A DNA stretch of 34,181 nucleotides from a virus. Its lineage: Duplodnaviria > Caudoviricetes. Location of the stretch: positions 1 through 34,181 of the IMG/VR virus record IMGVR_UViG_3300024275_000020. The stretch is one strand, 5' to 3'. The notes under the pieces were generated by a model. It ran no database searches. It was not told where the DNA came from and saw only the letters and a program-made list of their open reading frames with translations. Below are positions 23,431-32,888 of this stretch, piece after piece. The position numbers were made by a program, and so were the translations under genes. Within the stretch, counting starts at the first letter, position 1. The number at the start of each line of letters is the position of its first letter.

Positions 23431-24879
23431 TCAGGCAGTGGGGAGGACGCGGACGAGGCCGGTCTTGCCGATGAAGTGCTTCACGTAGGCGAGGGGGACC
23501 GCGTTGATCGAGAAGTGGAGCGTGTCGGTGCCGAGGACATCATCTGTCCGCGACAGCGAGAATTGGATCCCGGAGACGCGCGCCGGATCCTGGTAGAGCG
23601 TCCGTAGCTCGGCGGAGATCGAGTCCTCGATCCCCTTCGCCACGCTCTCGCGGATCTTCCCGCTCGACGGATCGACGAGGACGGTCTGCGAGAGACGCGG
23701 CTGGAGAAGCGAGTAGGCGCTCTCGATGATCCGATTGATGATCGCCGACAGCTGGAAGTACCGGTAGTCGCTCCCCGCGCCGGAAAGCAGCCGCGGGTTG
23801 TTGACGTAGACGCCAGGGGAGATCGGCCGTCCACCCCACGTGCGGAGCGTGGTGAAGCCGAGGACGTCGAGCCCCGGGTAGCGGCGCTCGTCATGGAAAT
23901 TGCGGAGCCCTGCGGCCGTCTCGACGAACACGCCAGGCAACGCCCCGTCCGACTTGGCCGCGGCGTCCTGCGAGTCGTCGATCAGCATCAAGCGAGCGGC
24001 GTAGGGGATCGACGGAGGCTGCCGGAGACGCCACCCGTTGACCACGCTCACGAGCTCGCACGCGTCGACGCAGCACGAAACCTCGTCGGATTGCACCCCT
24101 GCTGCGATGGTCGCCATCGCCGCTTGGAACGTCGCTCGGTCTTCCGCGCCAGCGACATCCCGCGCTCGTGTGCACGTAATTGCCTCCGGATACTTCCCCT
24201 GCGTGTGGAACGTCTTCACGAAGGTGTCGAGTTGGGCGAGGATCGTGTCGTCCGCATCTGCGAGGACGAGGACGCGCAGCCACTCGCCCGAGTAGTCGCT
24301 CAGGGCGGTGAGCGCCGCAGCCAGATCCCCCGTCGTCGACTTCGGCCCCTTCGTCGAGACCCTGAAGACGTCGCCAGCGAGAAGAGTGCTCGTTGAGGAT
24401 GAGAGGGTGAAGCTCACGCCTCGCGCGAGCGTCATCGTGAGGCTCGTCCCGAGCGCCTGCGGCACCGAGTAGTTCACCCCGTCGTCGAGCGAGTAGCTAA
24501 ACACGATCCCCGCCGTGCCGAGGGCTCCGCCGGTCGTGATCTTGACGACCGCGTCGAAGTCGCTGTCGGGTGCCGTGCTGCCTGCGGCGACCGTCGCGGT
24601 CCCCAGGACGCCGCTATGGTCGATCGTCCCGTACGCCGCTGCGGTGGTCGCCGCGCTCTTGATCCCGACGCACGGGACACCCTGCGCGATGCAGTATGAC
24701 AACGCCTCGACCAGCTTCCCGGAGGTGAACGCCGTGATCACGTCGTCCTTGTTGACGTAGGACGCCGCCACGTTGCTCGTTCCCGCCGATGCCGGACCGA
24801 CGATCGCGAGGATCCGCTCCGTGTTGGAGACCACGCCCAAGTTGCCATCGGTTTTTGCGATCTGGATGTCGGGGGTCAT
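23431..24879 (-). CDS. tail sheath protein (DUF2586-like)
   Basis: TDGNLG...LAIVG; GFTTLRTW.G....GVY; GSDYRY; DDVLGTDTL...VPLAY. Confidence 0.88.
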   Translation of the reverse strand: MTPDIQIAKTDGNLGVVSNTERILAIVGPASAGTSNVAASYVNKDDVITAFTSGKLVEALSYCIAQGVPCVGIKSAATTAAAYGTIDHSGVLGTATVAAGSTAPDSDFDAVVKITTGGALGTAGIVFSYSLDDGVNYSVPQALGTSLTMTLARGVSFTLSSSTSTLLAGDVFRVSTKGPKSTTGDLAAALTALSDYSGEWLRVLVLADADDTILAQLDTFVKTFHTQGKYPEAITCTRARDVAGAEDRATFQAAMATIAAGVQSDEVSCCVDACELVSVVNGWRLRQPPSIPYAARLMLIDDSQDAAAKSDGALPGVFVETAAGLRNFHDERRYPGLDVLGFTTLRTWGGRPISPGVYVNNPRLLSGAGSDYRYFQLSAIINRIIESAYSLLQPRLSQTVLVDPSSGKIRESVAKGIEDSISAELRTLYQDPARVSGIQFSLSRTDDVLGTDTLHFSINAVPLAYVKHFIGKTGLVRVLPTA

Positions 24880-24888
24880 TTGCGGTCC

Positions 24889-25413
24889 TCAGGTGACTGG
24901 CTTCGGGAGTCCGGGTACAGGCCCCGGGGTCGCGATGGTGAGCGAGGTGTCGAAGATTGGGATGTTGAGGACGAGCGTGGCGGCGAGCTCGGCGCCGAAG
25001 CGCCCTTGCTTTCGGGTGTCGGTCCACCGCGCGCCCGTCCACTCGTGGGCGCCCCAGTACGCGCGCTGGACTTCCTGCGCGACGACCTCCCAGAGATCGA
25101 AGCACCTGCGGCGGTGGTCGAGCTCGCGCTCCGAGGTCGGGACGTAGCCAGCGAAGAAGACGTCGAAGACGAAGTTGACGTTGAAGAGCTGCCGCTTCGC
25201 GCCGAACTCGCCGTCGTCGCCCTCGCCGATGAAACGTGGTGCGAGGATCTCGAGCGGATCGGCTGCGGGAACGAAGGCGACGCGGTTCGCGGATCCCCCG
25301 TCGCCAAAGTTTGTCTGGTCGTTGCGCGACTCGATCCCATCGACGACGGTCACGTCCGTGAAGCCGCGATCGGCGAGGCGCGCGCGAACGATGTCGACCA
25401 GCTGGACGAACAT
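24889..25413 (-). CDS. tail completion/terminator protein (by position)
   Basis: TGATG overlap start MFVQLVD; sits between gpG-like and sheath genes. Confidence 0.65.
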   Translation of the reverse strand: MFVQLVDIVRARLADRGFTDVTVVDGIESRNDQTNFGDGGSANRVAFVPAADPLEILAPRFIGEGDDGEFGAKRQLFNVNFVFDVFFAGYVPTSERELDHRRRCFDLWEVVAQEVQRAYWGAHEWTGARWTDTRKQGRFGAELAATLVLNIPIFDTSLTIATPGPVPGLPKPVT

Positions 25414-25886
25414 CAGCCGACCGCCTTTTCGAAGACGCGCGTTGCGGCGTCGACGATGGCCGCCTTCATCGGAGGGGGGATCGGGTCGCCGGGGTCGGGG
25501 ATGATCTGGCGCTTCGGGGCGTGGAACTTGGACTTCGTTCCGCCCTTTGCGTGCCTTGCGGCGGCGCGTTGACGGTGGCGCTTCGCTTCCTTCGTCTGCG
25601 ACGAGCCTCCGGCGCCATGATGGTGGTAGACCCACGGCGGCCCGATCTTCAGATCGATACGCGCGCCCTTCACGCTCGACGAGATGGCCTTCGCGGCCCC
25701 CGCGAGTGGCTTGCCTCCGTCGGCCAGTGGAGGCCATGGATCTCCTGATGGCGTCTGTCCAGCCGCTGCCGTCTTGCGTACCTCGGCGAGGATGTCGGCT
25801 TCAGCCGCCTTCGCAGTGCGCTCGTTGAGCCGTCGCAGGCTCTCGACGCCGGCGATGAACGCCTCGAGTTCAGCGTGGCCGCTCAT
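25413..25886 (-). CDS. phage virion morphogenesis protein (Mu gpG/P2 S-like)
   Basis: GQTPSGDPWPPL, VYHHHG, PKRQIIP motifs. Confidence 0.85.
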   Translation of the reverse strand: MSGHAELEAFIAGVESLRRLNERTAKAAEADILAEVRKTAAAGQTPSGDPWPPLADGGKPLAGAAKAISSSVKGARIDLKIGPPWVYHHHGAGGSSQTKEAKRHRQRAAARHAKGGTKSKFHAPKRQIIPDPGDPIPPPMKAAIVDAATRVFEKAVG

Positions 25887-26416
25887 CGGCTTCTCTCGTC
25901 CTTCACCGCCTCGGCTTGCCGATCCGTCCACGTGTACGGTGAGGCCTCGCTGTATCCGAAGGGCCCGCCGAGCGTGGGGCCGTCATCGCCACCCTTGGCC
26001 GTCGAGAGGAGGGGGAGATCGTAGAGGCCGACCTCCGAGTCCGCGGCCTCCTTCAGCTCGTCGAGGGCTTGCGCAGCCGCGGCGTCGAGGGATTCGATCT
26101 GCTCGTCCGAGGGATCAATCCCTCGACGCCGATACACCATGGGCGTCACGAGCGCGACAAGCCAGCCGCATGCGATCTCCGGGACGGGAGCGACGAACGG
26201 CACCGCGTACCGCTTGCGGAGCCGCGCGTAGATCCTGCTCGTCCCGATGATGAGTTGCGTCTGGACGAAGGTGCGGTGTGCCGTGCGCTTCGCGATGAGC
26301 GTCGCGTCCGTCCACGCCCCCGTAGGATCGAAGAAGTCCCCCATGACCATGCTCGCCGGCGCGATGGTGCGCGCGGCGAATTCGTCGAGGTCGAGGAGGC
26401 TTCCGGCGAGGGGCAT
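25883..26416 (-). CDS. head-tail adaptor (Mu gp36/DUF1320-like)
   Basis: IYARLRKRYAVPFVAPVPEI...YRRRG...ALDELKE. Confidence 0.85.
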   Translation of the reverse strand: MPLAGSLLDLDEFAARTIAPASMVMGDFFDPTGAWTDATLIAKRTAHRTFVQTQLIIGTSRIYARLRKRYAVPFVAPVPEIACGWLVALVTPMVYRRRGIDPSDEQIESLDAAAAQALDELKEAADSEVGLYDLPLLSTAKGGDDGPTLGGPFGYSEASPYTWTDRQAEAVKDERSR

Positions 26417-26520
26417 GCTTTCAATAGGCCGACCCCGGGGCCCACGCCGGGAGAGCGCGTGGACCGTCGGGGTGAGGCGACTTACAGGGGTGAGGAGCGG
26501 CCGTTATGGGCCGTAGGGGG

Positions 26521-27552
26521 TCAGGCTGCCTTGACCTTAAAGATGCCGTAAGGGTGGCCGTAGCCGACGGCGTTTCGGCCGCTCGTGTGCCATTCGAGCT
26601 CGTCGGCGCGGTCGAGGACGGCGTCCACCCCCGTCCCTCCACCGCGGCCGGTGTAGTACCGGACCGAGAAGGGCTCACGGTCGACGTAGACGATGGCGCC
26701 CATCTGAGATGAGGCCATCGCATCGCACACGACGAAGTACGTCGTATCGCTTTCGAATCCGGCGAGTTCGTCGCAGCAGATCGGCTGCCCGTACCCGAGA
26801 GCGCGGATGATGGCCTCGACGTCCGCGCCACCGCCGCCGGTCGCCGCCGCTTGCGCGAGGAGTCGGGCGTTGGTGAGTTGGACCGCACGCGGGTAAAGGA
26901 CCGGCGAGCAGAGGATCGCGGACGGCCGCAGGCGCCGGGGGTCCGATCCATTCGGCATCTTGAGGCTCGCGACCGCCCCGAACACCTTCCCGAGATTGTT
27001 GAGTGCGACGTCCGCCGTCACGCTCGTGTCGATCGGCGCCGCGGTCCCCCCCGTGAGAAGGTTCGCAAAGGTGCCGTTCGCCGTGTTCTGTCCGTTGTTC
27101 GGGTGCGAGGCGGAGAAGAACACCTCCCCGTCGTAGGACTTCGACGTCGACAGCGCCCCGTTCTTGAGGAGCGTCGCGACCTGCTTCTGCGGCCAATACG
27201 CTTGTTGCGCCCCCATCTGCACTGACCAATCGGTCGCAAGCTGGACGCCATTTCCGTCGAGATCCTCGAATTGCTGCCGACGGAGCTTCAGGCCCTTGCC
27301 GGCGGTCTTCGGGGCGTACTCGGTCTCGAGGATCGTCATGTTGTCGAAGGCGATGTTTCCGCCTTGCCCCTGATCTTCGAGCTGCGCGGTGTTGAGCACC
27401 CACGTCACGATCTCGCGGCGCGACTGCGTCGGCAGCACCTTCGTGCATGCCGGCCACCACAGCTGACTCGTGAGGCGGAGATACTCGTTCTCCTGGATCA
27501 TCCGCATGCGGGATTCCAGATCGAACACGAATGACGGAGTCAATGCGGGCAT
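26521..27552 (-). CDS. major capsid protein (Mu gpT-like)
   Basis: RQQFEDLD, SYDGEVFFSASHP, LRPSAILCSP, RNAVGYG motifs; GAGGAGG RBS. Confidence 0.92.
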   Translation of the reverse strand: MPALTPSFVFDLESRMRMIQENEYLRLTSQLWWPACTKVLPTQSRREIVTWVLNTAQLEDQGQGGNIAFDNMTILETEYAPKTAGKGLKLRRQQFEDLDGNGVQLATDWSVQMGAQQAYWPQKQVATLLKNGALSTSKSYDGEVFFSASHPNNGQNTANGTFANLLTGGTAAPIDTSVTADVALNNLGKVFGAVASLKMPNGSDPRRLRPSAILCSPVLYPRAVQLTNARLLAQAAATGGGGADVEAIIRALGYGQPICCDELAGFESDTTYFVVCDAMASSQMGAIVYVDREPFSVRYYTGRGGGTGVDAVLDRADELEWHTSGRNAVGYGHPYGIFKVKAA

Positions 27553-27565
27553 GGCTGGGTCCTCC

Positions 27566-28321
27566 TCACGGACTCACGTAGGCGTTTGCGAACCACTTGC
27601 CGCCCGTCTTCGTGACGACGACGAGGTGTCGCTTCGACGCGGTGAGCGCGGTGGTCAGGTTGGCGGGACCGGTGGCGTCACGGTACTGGACCGTGTGCCC
27701 GTTCGCGGACCCGTCGGCGACGAAGTACGCCACGGTGCCGTCGGCGGCGGCGGCGGGGAGCGTGACGGTGGACGCCGCGCCGGTTGACGGGATCGAGTAG
27801 ATCGCTCCGGCGGTGATGTCCGTCGGTACCGAGTCGTTCGAGGCGAACGCCGGCGCGGCGAGCGTCGCGCTGATGTCCGAGTCCGCGTCCACGCCGATGC
27901 GCGGGCGGATCATCTCGACGAGGACGCCTTTCGTCGAATCGACCGCCCACACGCGCCCAGCGAGCGGACCGAGCGTCGAGGTGATGGTGACCGTTTGGTC
28001 GTCGGTCCAGTACACGTCCTTCAGGACGTCTGTCGAGGCCACGGCGTCGCCGCCGGTCGCGTTCGGACACCAGAAGAGCGTCAGCTCGCTACCGAGGTCG
28101 ACGTTGACGTCCGCATCGGCAGAGGTCGCATCGACCTTATCGACCGAGGTACCGACGGGGATGAGCGTCGTCGCGCCCGACGTGATCTTGGAGACTTTGT
28201 TCGTCGACCGGTTGTAGCCGAGCTCGGCGCCTTGGTAGGCGACCTGCCCGGATGCGAGGGTGAAGATCTTGTACTTCCAGCGCACCTCGTTCGGCGCGCG
28301 GTTTCCGGCGAGTGCTGTCAC
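27566..28321 (-). CDS. capsid decoration/cement protein with C-terminal extra domain
   Basis: MTALAGNR...VYWTDDQTVT...AGRVWAVD..GVLVE; lies between protease and capsid genes. Confidence 0.75.
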   Translation of the reverse strand: MTALAGNRAPNEVRWKYKIFTLASGQVAYQGAELGYNRSTNKVSKITSGATTLIPVGTSVDKVDATSADADVNVDLGSELTLFWCPNATGGDAVASTDVLKDVYWTDDQTVTITSTLGPLAGRVWAVDSTKGVLVEMIRPRIGVDADSDISATLAAPAFASNDSVPTDITAGAIYSIPSTGAASTVTLPAAAADGTVAYFVADGSANGHTVQYRDATGPANLTTALTASKRHLVVVTKTGGKWFANAYVSP

Positions 28322-28986
28322 TTGGCTGCCGCCTTTCCACTCACCGCAGCACGGCGAGCGATCTCAGCCCGCGCTTGCGCAGGCGTCATGACTCCGAGGA
28401 TCTGCTTCGTCCCTTCGTTGCGGATGGCCGCTTCGGGGGGCGCGAGTCCCATCTGACGATCGAGGGCGAGCGCCTCGTCGGGAGGGAGCCGGCTCTCGAC
28501 GCCTGGCTGCGCGATGGTCGGCGTCACCCCAATGGCCGCGCGCGCCGCGGCCACTTGACCCTTGGCGGTCGTGCCGCGAGGGAGCGACTTCACCGCGTCG
28601 CGCACGACGCCGAGCGGTTGGCGCTCGAGGAAGGCGACGACGTCCTTCGCGAAGTCCGGCCGGGAGGCCATGAGCTCGGTGCGCTCGGTCTTCTCCTCCT
28701 GCGCTTCCTTCCACGCGGTGAGCGACTGCACCGTGGCGAGGATGTTGAGGTGAGGGTTGAGGGCCGCGGAGGTCGTGGTCGAGGCTGCAGTCTTCGCGTC
28801 CTTCTCCTTGTCCTCCTCGTCGGACTTGTCCTCGGACTCCGCTTTCGCGTCCGTCTTGTCCTTGTCCTTGTCCTCGTCGCCGTCGGGCTCGTAGGCCGCG
28901 AGCGCCTTCTTTGCGCGTGCTGCCGCCTTCTCGTCCTTGCCCTCGGCAATCGCCTTGAGCGCCTCCTTCACTTCATCTTCATCCAC
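28318..28986 (-). CDS. internally initiated scaffolding protein (in frame with the protease)
   Basis: GGAG 6 nt upstream of the in-frame GTG at 28986, where the charged helical region begins. Confidence 0.6.
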   Translation of the reverse strand: MDEDEVKEALKAIAEGKDEKAAARAKKALAAYEPDGDEDKDKDKTDAKAESEDKSDEEDKEKDAKTAASTTTSAALNPHLNILATVQSLTAWKEAQEEKTERTELMASRPDFAKDVVAFLERQPLGVVRDAVKSLPRGTTAKGQVAAARAAIGVTPTIAQPGVESRLPPDEALALDRQMGLAPPEAAIRNEGTKQILGVMTPAQARAEIARRAAVSGKAAAK

Positions 28987-29763
28987 GGCATTCTCCGTTG
29001 CCGCGATCATGGCGGCGGTTGTGGTTCGCGTCTCGCCCGCGACGAGCTCCGCAAACGTCTTCACTTCATCTGCGAGCTTCGCGTCGACGGCCTTCTGCCC
29101 GACGAAGATCGCCGCATCCAATCCCGCCGATCCGGCACCGGGACGGGCGGCGTCGACGAAGGCGAAGAACGTCGCGGCCATGTCATTGACCCCGGACAGG
29201 ATCGCCGCTCGAGCCTCGTCGCTCATCGAGACGTGCGGGTTGCCGTCCGTCTTGCGCGAGCCCGACGCGATGAGCTCGTAGCCGAACCCGCTCGCCCGGT
29301 CGAACGCGGTCTGATCGACCGTGACCTGCAAGCATCCGATCGAGCCTACGATGCCTGTCGCGGGGACGTAGATCCGGTCCGCAGCGCACGCGAGCGCGTA
29401 CGCGGCTGATGCTGCGACGCCATCGACGTACGCGCAGACCGCCTTGCCCTTGCTCTTGGCGCGTGTGCGGATCGCGCCGGCGAGTTCGAACACCCCGGCG
29501 ACTTGGCCACCGGGCGAACTGAGCTTCAGCATGAGTGCGGGGCGACCGGAGGCGAGCGCGGCGTCGACGCGTTCGGCGATCGCCTCGTACGAATCCCAGC
29601 AAAACGTCTTGTGCTGCATCAGGGGCCCGCAGACCGAAACGACCGCGTAGTCGCCGTGGACCTCAAAGGGCTCGCTCGGACCCATGACGACCTCGAAGTC
29701 CGCGCCCCACCCGTCCGCGGTGATCGCGACGAGCCCCGTGGGCATGAACCGCGCGCGCTTCAC
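28318..29763 (-). CDS. S49 (SppA/ClpP-like) prohead protease with C-terminal scaffold
   Basis: SSPGGQVAG, AASAAYALA, VGSIG, SGSRKTDGNP. Confidence 0.92.
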   Translation of the reverse strand: MKRARFMPTGLVAITADGWGADFEVVMGPSEPFEVHGDYAVVSVCGPLMQHKTFCWDSYEAIAERVDAALASGRPALMLKLSSPGGQVAGVFELAGAIRTRAKSKGKAVCAYVDGVAASAAYALACAADRIYVPATGIVGSIGCLQVTVDQTAFDRASGFGYELIASGSRKTDGNPHVSMSDEARAAILSGVNDMAATFFAFVDAARPGAGSAGLDAAIFVGQKAVDAKLADEVKTFAELVAGETRTTTAAMIAATENAVDEDEVKEALKAIAEGKDEKAAARAKKALAAYEPDGDEDKDKDKTDAKAESEDKSDEEDKEKDAKTAASTTTSAALNPHLNILATVQSLTAWKEAQEEKTERTELMASRPDFAKDVVAFLERQPLGVVRDAVKSLPRGTTAKGQVAAARAAIGVTPTIAQPGVESRLPPDEALALDRQMGLAPPEAAIRNEGTKQILGVMTPAQARAEIARRAAVSGKAAAK

Positions 29764-31127
29764 GCGGCCTCCTGCTCGGCGTCGTCCTCGACGTCTACGT
29801 CGATCGCACCATCGCTATTGTCCGCGAGCACGGGTTCCCCGACGGCGACCGCTGTCACCGGGATCGCGTACTTCACCGTGACGGCGCTGACATCGAGCTC
29901 GACGCCCGTCCCTTCGAGCGCTGCCTTCATCGCGGTGATCGCGTTGGCGACCTGGCCCATCGCGGTCGCTTCCTTCGAGCGATCCTCCGGCGGGGTGACG
30001 TCCCATTCTACGAGCGCCGAATGCTCGAGCCCGGCCTCTCCCCATCGGTCGACGACCCACGGGGGGATCCCCTGCGTGTTGAGGGTGTATGCGAGCCCTT
30101 CGGCATCGCCCTTGATGAGGTCGTGCCGGATCGCGGCGTGGACGTCCGCGTTCGCGAACCCCGTCCCTCCGTCGACGAGGACCGTGCTCCCCGAGAGCGC
30201 GATCACCATGTCGCGGTTCGAGATCTCGATTGTCTTCGTGAAGCACTCCCAGCCGCGGCCATTCGACTCGAGCAGCTTGACGTCGTAGCCGGGTGTGAGG
30301 CCGAAGACGCTGTTGATTCGCCACGCCATGACGGCGCGGAACCAAGACTGCTTCTGTTTCTCGGCGGCACCTTGCGGTGCGACGGCGACGCGCGCGGGGT
30401 TGGCGAGTGTCGCCTCCCAGTTCGATTTGTAGAGCCGCGCGTGCTGCTTGTCGATCCACGACTGACCGATCGCGCGCCATAGTCCGTTCTGCCACGGCGC
30501 GACGCGTCCGCCGGGGAGATGAAGCACCCAGCGTCCCTGGCCGGGATCGATGGGGATCAGGCCGACGATTGAGACGTAGTACCAGCGCCCCTCGTTCCAC
30601 CGATAGCGAAGGTTCTCCGGTTCGAGGCGAACGAAGACGGGGTAGTCGCGTCCCTCGACGGGCTCGAGGATGCCGACGGCGACGCCGAGGAGGATCCCGT
30701 CGGCGAGGAAATTGGCTAGCTCGGTCGGCGGGAACATCTCGTCGAAGACGGAGCGCACCGACTCGTGGCCGACCTCGAGTTGCTGGACGATCTCCGCCTC
30801 GCCCCGGAATTTCTTCGGCAAGCGAACGAGGCCGCCCGTGCGTGTGCCGAGGACGCCCGCAAACGTGCCATCCTTCCGCACCGACCGCATCAGCCTTCCC
30901 GCGCCGGAGAGGTCTCCCGTGTCGGCGAGGACCTCCGCACTCTCGAGGTCGGAGAGATGCCACCGCGTCTGGGTGATCGGCATCTGCGAGAGCTGACCGC
31001 CAAGGGCCTCTCGCATCCTGACCACACGCGGATCGTCGAGCGACGGCGCCGCGGGGTTCACGTTCCGTGACGCCACCGTGTAGGCGGAGATCCCGACGAG
31101 CGCGGCGATCTTGCGGAGCCAGCTCAT
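29760..31127 (-). CDS. portal protein (Mu gp29/DUF935-like)
   Basis: Follows TerL with ATGA overlap; DGTFAGVLGTR, DGILLGVAV motifs; 455 aa. Confidence 0.85.
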   Translation of the reverse strand: MSWLRKIAALVGISAYTVASRNVNPAAPSLDDPRVVRMREALGGQLSQMPITQTRWHLSDLESAEVLADTGDLSGAGRLMRSVRKDGTFAGVLGTRTGGLVRLPKKFRGEAEIVQQLEVGHESVRSVFDEMFPPTELANFLADGILLGVAVGILEPVEGRDYPVFVRLEPENLRYRWNEGRWYYVSIVGLIPIDPGQGRWVLHLPGGRVAPWQNGLWRAIGQSWIDKQHARLYKSNWEATLANPARVAVAPQGAAEKQKQSWFRAVMAWRINSVFGLTPGYDVKLLESNGRGWECFTKTIEISNRDMVIALSGSTVLVDGGTGFANADVHAAIRHDLIKGDAEGLAYTLNTQGIPPWVVDRWGEAGLEHSALVEWDVTPPEDRSKEATAMGQVANAITAMKAALEGTGVELDVSAVTVKYAIPVTAVAVGEPVLADNSDGAIDVDVEDDAEQEAA

Positions 31128-32743
31128 CGACTGCGCCCCCACGTGGAAAGACCCTCCCAGGGATCGAGCGCGGGCCCGCCGTAGACGTCGTCCTCGTCGT
31201 CGCGGCTCGAAGCGGCGCCAGCGGCCGTCGTCGTCGTCGCTTCGGGGACATCGTCCTCATCCGATGAACCGTCCTCCGTGAAGCCCCAGATCGCGAGGCA
31301 CACGGCGTCCGCGCGGTCCGTCGATCGTCCGAGCTCCTTCCGGAGCTCCTTCTTTCCGGTCGCCACGAATCGCGCGTTCTTGTCCGCCGAGAAGCTCGGC
31401 GCGTTGAGCTCTTGGGAGAGCTTGACGTCTTCGGGGATCGACCCGCCCGCGAGGAGCCACTTTTGGGTTTGACCCCAAAGCGCATCGCGAACCATGTCGT
31501 ACTCCGGCGAGCCCCACATCTTCTTCCCGGACCGGACGGGCACGATCTCGAATTCATCGCGATGCGCGTCGACGTACGCTTCGAGCTTGCCGAGCACGCG
31601 CGCTCCCACGCCACCCTCGGCGTCGATGGCTACGCGCGGGATCGCGAGCTCGCGCGGCCGTCGGTGCGTCGCGATAAGATCGGCGATCATCGCGACGACC
31701 TCGTCTTCGCTCATCCCGCGCCGTGCGAGCACGGTAACGATGCGATTCCCGCGTCGGACGGCGAACGCGCTCTCGTCCCCGATCACGCTGTCGCCCGCGG
31801 GGTCCGCGCCAAGCTGCAGCACGCCATCGTCGTCGCTCTCGTCCCACGCGGCTTGCGCTTGGGCGATGAGGTCGAGGGAGATGATCTTCCCGTCGCGGTC
31901 GTGGACGAACTCCCCGCGGACGCGGACGCGATACGCGTGCGAGTCGACCCCGTACTCCGCGACTTTCTCTCGGATCCAGTCGGGTCCAGCGAGACCAGGG
32001 ATCACCTTCTCGCCGCGCGCGTTCGGGGTCTCCTCACTCGAGATGTGGATCTTGTGGAACAGCGCCCCGTTCGTCGTGTGCGACCGGTAGAACTCGCCGT
32101 TCGTCCGCGTCGGGTTCGAGATGTAACACTTGCGGACGGTGCCTCCGGAGCCGGCGAGGGCGCTGTCGAGCACCTCAAAAAAACGGTCGTTGATCCCGCT
32201 CGCTTCGTCCGCGAGCACGAGGACGTTCGGACCGGAGATCCCCGCGAGCCCCTCGCCGTTCCGCGCCGTGATCCCCCACACCTGCCGACCGTCGTCGTCA
32301 CGGAGTCCGGTGCGCGCTTGGACGTAGCATTGTCCCCCGACCGGGATCTTCGCCTCGCGGTAGAGCCGGCGGATCTCTTTCCAGATCACGTCGTCGATTT
32401 GCGACGCCTTCACCGCGGTCATCAGGACGCGCGCGCGATCGAACGAGCAGAAGAACCATAGGGCCGCGACGGCGAGCGCGGTCGACTTACCGCACTTGTG
32501 ACCGCTCCGGACCGTCGTGTTCCGGTGGTCGCGGATCGACTCGACGATCTCGACCTGCGCGGACCACAGCTCGATCTGCAAGACGTCGCGCGCGAAGCCG
32601 ACGGGGTTGCGCCGCCATCGCGTCGAAGGGAAGGTCGTCTCCCTGCTCGACAGCGCTACGGCATCGGCGACGGACGCGAGATCGGCGAAGAGCGACGGGC
32701 GCTGGCGCTCGCCGGTGTGCCGCTCGAGGTGCATCGCCTGCAT
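31124..32743 (-). CDS. terL: terminase large subunit
   Basis: Walker A RSGHKCGKST, Walker B VLVLADEASG, ISNP motif, nuclease LGADPAG and STDRADA. Confidence 0.95.
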   Translation of the reverse strand: MQAMHLERHTGERQRPSLFADLASVADAVALSSRETTFPSTRWRRNPVGFARDVLQIELWSAQVEIVESIRDHRNTTVRSGHKCGKSTALAVAALWFFCSFDRARVLMTAVKASQIDDVIWKEIRRLYREAKIPVGGQCYVQARTGLRDDDGRQVWGITARNGEGLAGISGPNVLVLADEASGINDRFFEVLDSALAGSGGTVRKCYISNPTRTNGEFYRSHTTNGALFHKIHISSEETPNARGEKVIPGLAGPDWIREKVAEYGVDSHAYRVRVRGEFVHDRDGKIISLDLIAQAQAAWDESDDDGVLQLGADPAGDSVIGDESAFAVRRGNRIVTVLARRGMSEDEVVAMIADLIATHRRPRELAIPRVAIDAEGGVGARVLGKLEAYVDAHRDEFEIVPVRSGKKMWGSPEYDMVRDALWGQTQKWLLAGGSIPEDVKLSQELNAPSFSADKNARFVATGKKELRKELGRSTDRADAVCLAIWGFTEDGSSDEDDVPEATTTTAAGAASSRDDEDDVYGGPALDPWEGLSTWGRSR

Positions 32744-32832
32744 CGGGGATGCACTCTGCCGAAGTCCGGATTACGTGGCGTTTGCACACTTCTTTTCAGA
32801 AGGGGGCTTACTGCATGATTGTCAACATCTTT

Positions 32833-32861
32833 TTGCCTTTGCTATCGCTCCCCTGAAGATT
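32833..32861 (+). promoter_or_regulatory. possible sigma70-type promoter for the moron
   Basis: TTGCCT-17 bp-AAGATT in an AT-richer divergent intergenic gap. Confidence 0.3.
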
Positions 32862-32888
32862 CTCCGAGACGTGCCGTTGAGTATGGGC

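Noticed and set aside
15861-24879. Tailocin or eCIS locus suggested by the two tube-like genes
   Set aside because: Terminase, portal, protease and capsid genes are in the same operon
25413-31127. Transposable Mu-like phage
   Set aside because: Only head/neck genes are Mu-like; no transposase, Mor/C, gin or mom seen in this window, so it cannot be claimed
31124-32743. Intein or intron in terL
   Set aside because: Normal length and contiguous motifs; no splice-junction signatures
32797-32825. Sigma70 promoter for terL from a perfect TTGACA (minus strand, 32820-32825)
   Set aside because: No acceptable -10 hexamer at 16-18 bp; could still be activator-dependent
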